Positions 61,615 to 64,000 of a stretch of DNA of 64,000 nucleotides are shown here, one piece after another. The notes beneath the pieces are model-generated. The model was not told the origin of the DNA, ran no database searches, and worked only from the letters and a program-made list of their open reading frames with translations. How positions within the stretch are numbered: the first letter of the stretch is position 1; the number at the start of each line of letters is the position of its first letter. The stretch comes from Methanobacteriota archaeon (GTDB taxonomy: Archaea > Halobacteriota > Bog-38 > Methanoflorentales > Methanoflorentaceae). The stretch covers positions 192,001 through 256,000 of the forward strand of contig CAVRAO010000008.1 of NCBI GenBank assembly GCA_963719035.1. The letters are read 5' to 3'. The position numbers and the translations under genes were made by a program.

Positions 61615-62713
61615 CGAAGCAAAAATCCGCAATCGCTTGACGTCACTTGATGCTATCGCTGTTCTTAGATATGGGTTTATTATTGGATTGTTAGTCCTGT
61701 GGTTTAGCTATCACGTGAATATCCTACGAGGTTATGTAATACCAACGTACGGAAACACCCTATATCATGTAGGAATAGAACGTCTGACGATTGAATCTGG
61801 ATACTACCCAACGCAAGAGCTGTCGTACAACGGCGGCTTCCCTAACTTTTATGTTCCGGCATATCGCCTACTAATAGCGTCACAGTCATTATTTTCCGGA
61901 ATCGATCCTATGGTGGTTTCGGGGCTTGTCACGATAACGCTGTCCGTCGCTGTGTTCTGTGTCATCTACACATTCACGAAGCAACTTGTGCATGCGAGCG
62001 CAGCCGTTTGTGCTTTGTTCTTCCTAATCGTGTCGCCAGAAATGACGATATTCACGATCCGCGCATTGCCAGAGCTGCTCGGACTCTTCATGTTACCGCT
62101 TACGCTCGTGTTTGTTCTGGCCAATAGAACAGAGGGACCATTTAAACTCAACGCATACGTAGGACTCTCCGTTGTCTCTGCGGCAGTAACGGCATTAACG
62201 CATCAAATGACGCTGCTCACGCTCGCCCTCGTTTTAGCAGCCTACGCCCTTACGCAAGTGAAGCACAAAAACGAGTTTCTAAAGGCGTTTGTCCCCCTCA
62301 TAACGGTCCTAGCGGTTTATGCATTATGGCAAGTATACACTTTGCATACGGTGAGCATCTTGGGACTTTCTCAAGTTAAGTATCACGAAGGCACGCCGGT
62401 CGATTTCCTGGCAAGTGAGTTTAGCGTAGGATTCTTCGAGCGAGCTGGGGTGCTTCTTCTTCCTTTTGCTGCTATCGGGCTTGGTTGGCTCGAACGAAAT
62501 AAAACTAGAAAGCGGTTCCTGCTTTATTCGTGGGTCATAGCTTCCCTTTTGCTCACGAAAAACGATTTGCTAGGAATAGGAATATTCATGGACCGATTTC
62601 TGACTTTTTTTGTTGAGTCCTTGGTCGTGGCAGCCGGAATTGGAGCATTTGTGGTCCTACATTTCCTCGATGCTCGTTTGTTAGGTTCAATAAAACAAAC
62701 CCAAGGTGCGTAA
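61601..62713 (+). CDS. Polytopic membrane protein, GT-C-like TM domain
   Basis: GNTLYH, YVP.Y luminal loop, TALTHQ, DRF, about 10 TMs; overlaps the upstream stop. Confidence 0.6.
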   Translation: MKWLNEAKIRNRLTSLDAIAVLRYGFIIGLLVLWFSYHVNILRGYVIPTYGNTLYHVGIERLTIESGYYPTQELSYNGGFPNFYVPAYRLLIASQSLFSGIDPMVVSGLVTITLSVAVFCVIYTFTKQLVHASAAVCALFFLIVSPEMTIFTIRALPELLGLFMLPLTLVFVLANRTEGPFKLNAYVGLSVVSAAVTALTHQMTLLTLALVLAAYALTQVKHKNEFLKAFVPLITVLAVYALWQVYTLHTVSILGLSQVKYHEGTPVDFLASEFSVGFFERAGVLLLPFAAIGLGWLERNKTRKRFLLYSWVIASLLLTKNDLLGIGIFMDRFLTFFVESLVVAAGIGAFVVLHFLDARLLGSIKQTQGA

Positions 62714-62720
62714 ACGAACT

Positions 62721-64000
62721 ATGGTTAGGCCGCTCAATTTTCCGATTCAGCTATTGACTGCTGTGACAGGGGTGGTCTTATTGCTTCCTTTGCAGTTCTT
62801 TTTGCTTCCATTACTTTTTTTCCTCCCTGGTTTAGCTTTTTTTCTGCTTTACAAGGGCGCCAAGCAGACTGATATTTTGGAGACTGTAACCTACTCCCTT
62901 TCTCTCTCACTCGTAGTCATACCGACTGCTGCAACGTTCGCTTACTTCGCAGGGGTCGGTATCGCACTGACTGGCGCGGCCATAGGTCTCGCGATCATCG
63001 CGGCGTCGATATTGTCATTTGCTGTAAGAAAAAAAGGCTTGAAGCCGCCCGAGGTCACCAGCGAAAAAGACAAGCGCGACCATAAGTTGGTCTCTCTCGC
63101 ACCCCCCTTCCTACTAGCACTGTCGCTGGCACTCGTGGTCAGCGTTCCGCTCTCTAAATCGTTGATCGTTGACGAAGAAGGGTTCGTAATGAATCCAACT
63201 CAAGCGTCTGACTTAAACTTTCACCTTTCTATAATAGCTCGATTCATTGAATCCCCACATATTCCGCCTGAGAACCCCTATTTTCCTGCGCACTACATCG
63301 TTTATGATTTTTTTATGCATCTTCTTGTGGGGACACTAAGTATCCTAACTGGCATCAGCTCACTTACAATCTTCAAGATTACAGTTCCCCTCCTCTTCTT
63401 CACTCTTTCTATGAATATCTACGTGCTTTGTCGGAGGGCATTCAACAACGCAACAGCGTTGATCGCGATGATTCTGTACACGCTTGGTGGAGGGCTTGCG
63501 TGGATTATAATAATCGCACAAAGTCCAAGCGACCTGTTTCCCTCTCTTATTTACCGTTTTGCAGACGTAGCGGCCGTCAAGTACGACCAAACCTTGCTAT
63601 TCTATTTGCTGCCACAAACGCAAACATTTGCGCTAGTCATCCTTACATTTGCATTTATTTTGTGGATAACGTTGATAAAGGAGCTGAGCGTGCGAAATGC
63701 GCTGATTTTCGGGTTTATCCTCGGCTTGCTCCCCTATTATCATCTCATCACAGCGTTCTTATTATTCGTTGCAGTAGCGGTTTTTGTGGTGTATGAGTCT
63801 GCAAAACGAAGACGTAAGCGCGCCCAATATCATCTTGGTGTACTCGTCGTTGGAGGGGTTATAGCGTCACCGATCCTATCTCTTCTTATAGGGGGCCCAA
63901 ATCAAGCTGAAATTGCATTTTTCACTTTTCCACTTTTTTTCTGGTTTGTCGTTTATGGCTTAGTCGGAATCATAGCATGCGTCGGAGCCTACAAGTCGTT
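62721..64000 (+). CDS. Polytopic membrane protein, GT-C-like (truncated by window end)
   Basis: Manual translation from ATG 62721: FFLPG..., SDLNFHLSII, PPENPYF, IVYDFFMH; no stop seen before the window end. Confidence 0.65.
   Translation, partial: MVRPLNFPIQLLTAVTGVVLLLPLQFFLLPLLFFLPGLAFFLLYKGAKQTDILETVTYSLSLSLVVIPTAATFAYFAGVGIALTGAAIGLAIIAASILSFAVRKKGLKPPEVTSEKDKRDHKLVSLAPPFLLALSLALVVSVPLSKSLIVDEEGFVMNPTQASDLNFHLSIIARFIESPHIPPENPYFPAHYIVYDFFMHLLVGTLSILTGISSLTIFKITVPLLFFTLSMNIYVLCRRAFNNATALIAMILYTLGGGLAWIIIIAQSPSDLFPSLIYRFADVAAVKYDQTLLFYLLPQTQTFALVILTFAFILWITLIKELSVRNALIFGFILGLLPYYHLITAFLLFVAVAVFVVYESAKRRRKRAQYHLGVLVVGGVIASPILSLLIGGPNQAEIAFFTFPLFFWFVVYGLVGIIACVGAYKS

Overview
Archaeal chromosomal window. 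Methanogenesis marker 14, RFAP synthase, PGF-CTERM proteins and the gene order point to a methanogen-like member of Halobacteriota; this lineage call is inferred. About two thirds is core: the full L3-to-secY/adk/cmk/Cbf5 ribosomal superoperon, RNA modification and translation genes, cobZ/S/Y, purM, aspartokinase, pyrD, RFAP synthase plus chorismate lyase, and an ADP-forming acyl-CoA synthetase plus DRTGG protein. Accessory parts are: (1) an orphan TIGR04083-like radical SAM/SPASM gene with foreign-looking composition; (2) a cell-surface island (30.2-37.9 kb) holding a PGF-CTERM beta-helix protein, a (TP)12 lipoprotein, a protein with an unassigned N-domain plus four near-identical ~300-306 bp Ig-like repeats, a non-ArtA exosortase, an ArnD-like deacetylase and a GT4; (3) a PGF-CTERM surface protein with a single CxxCH motif; (4) a GT-C-like membrane cluster running off the right end. 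Six genes are broken by single-base indels, including essential secY. Four of these breaks sit at GGTAC, which suggests modification-driven long-read basecalling error rather than pseudogenes. No tRNA, rRNA, CRISPR array or transposase was seen.
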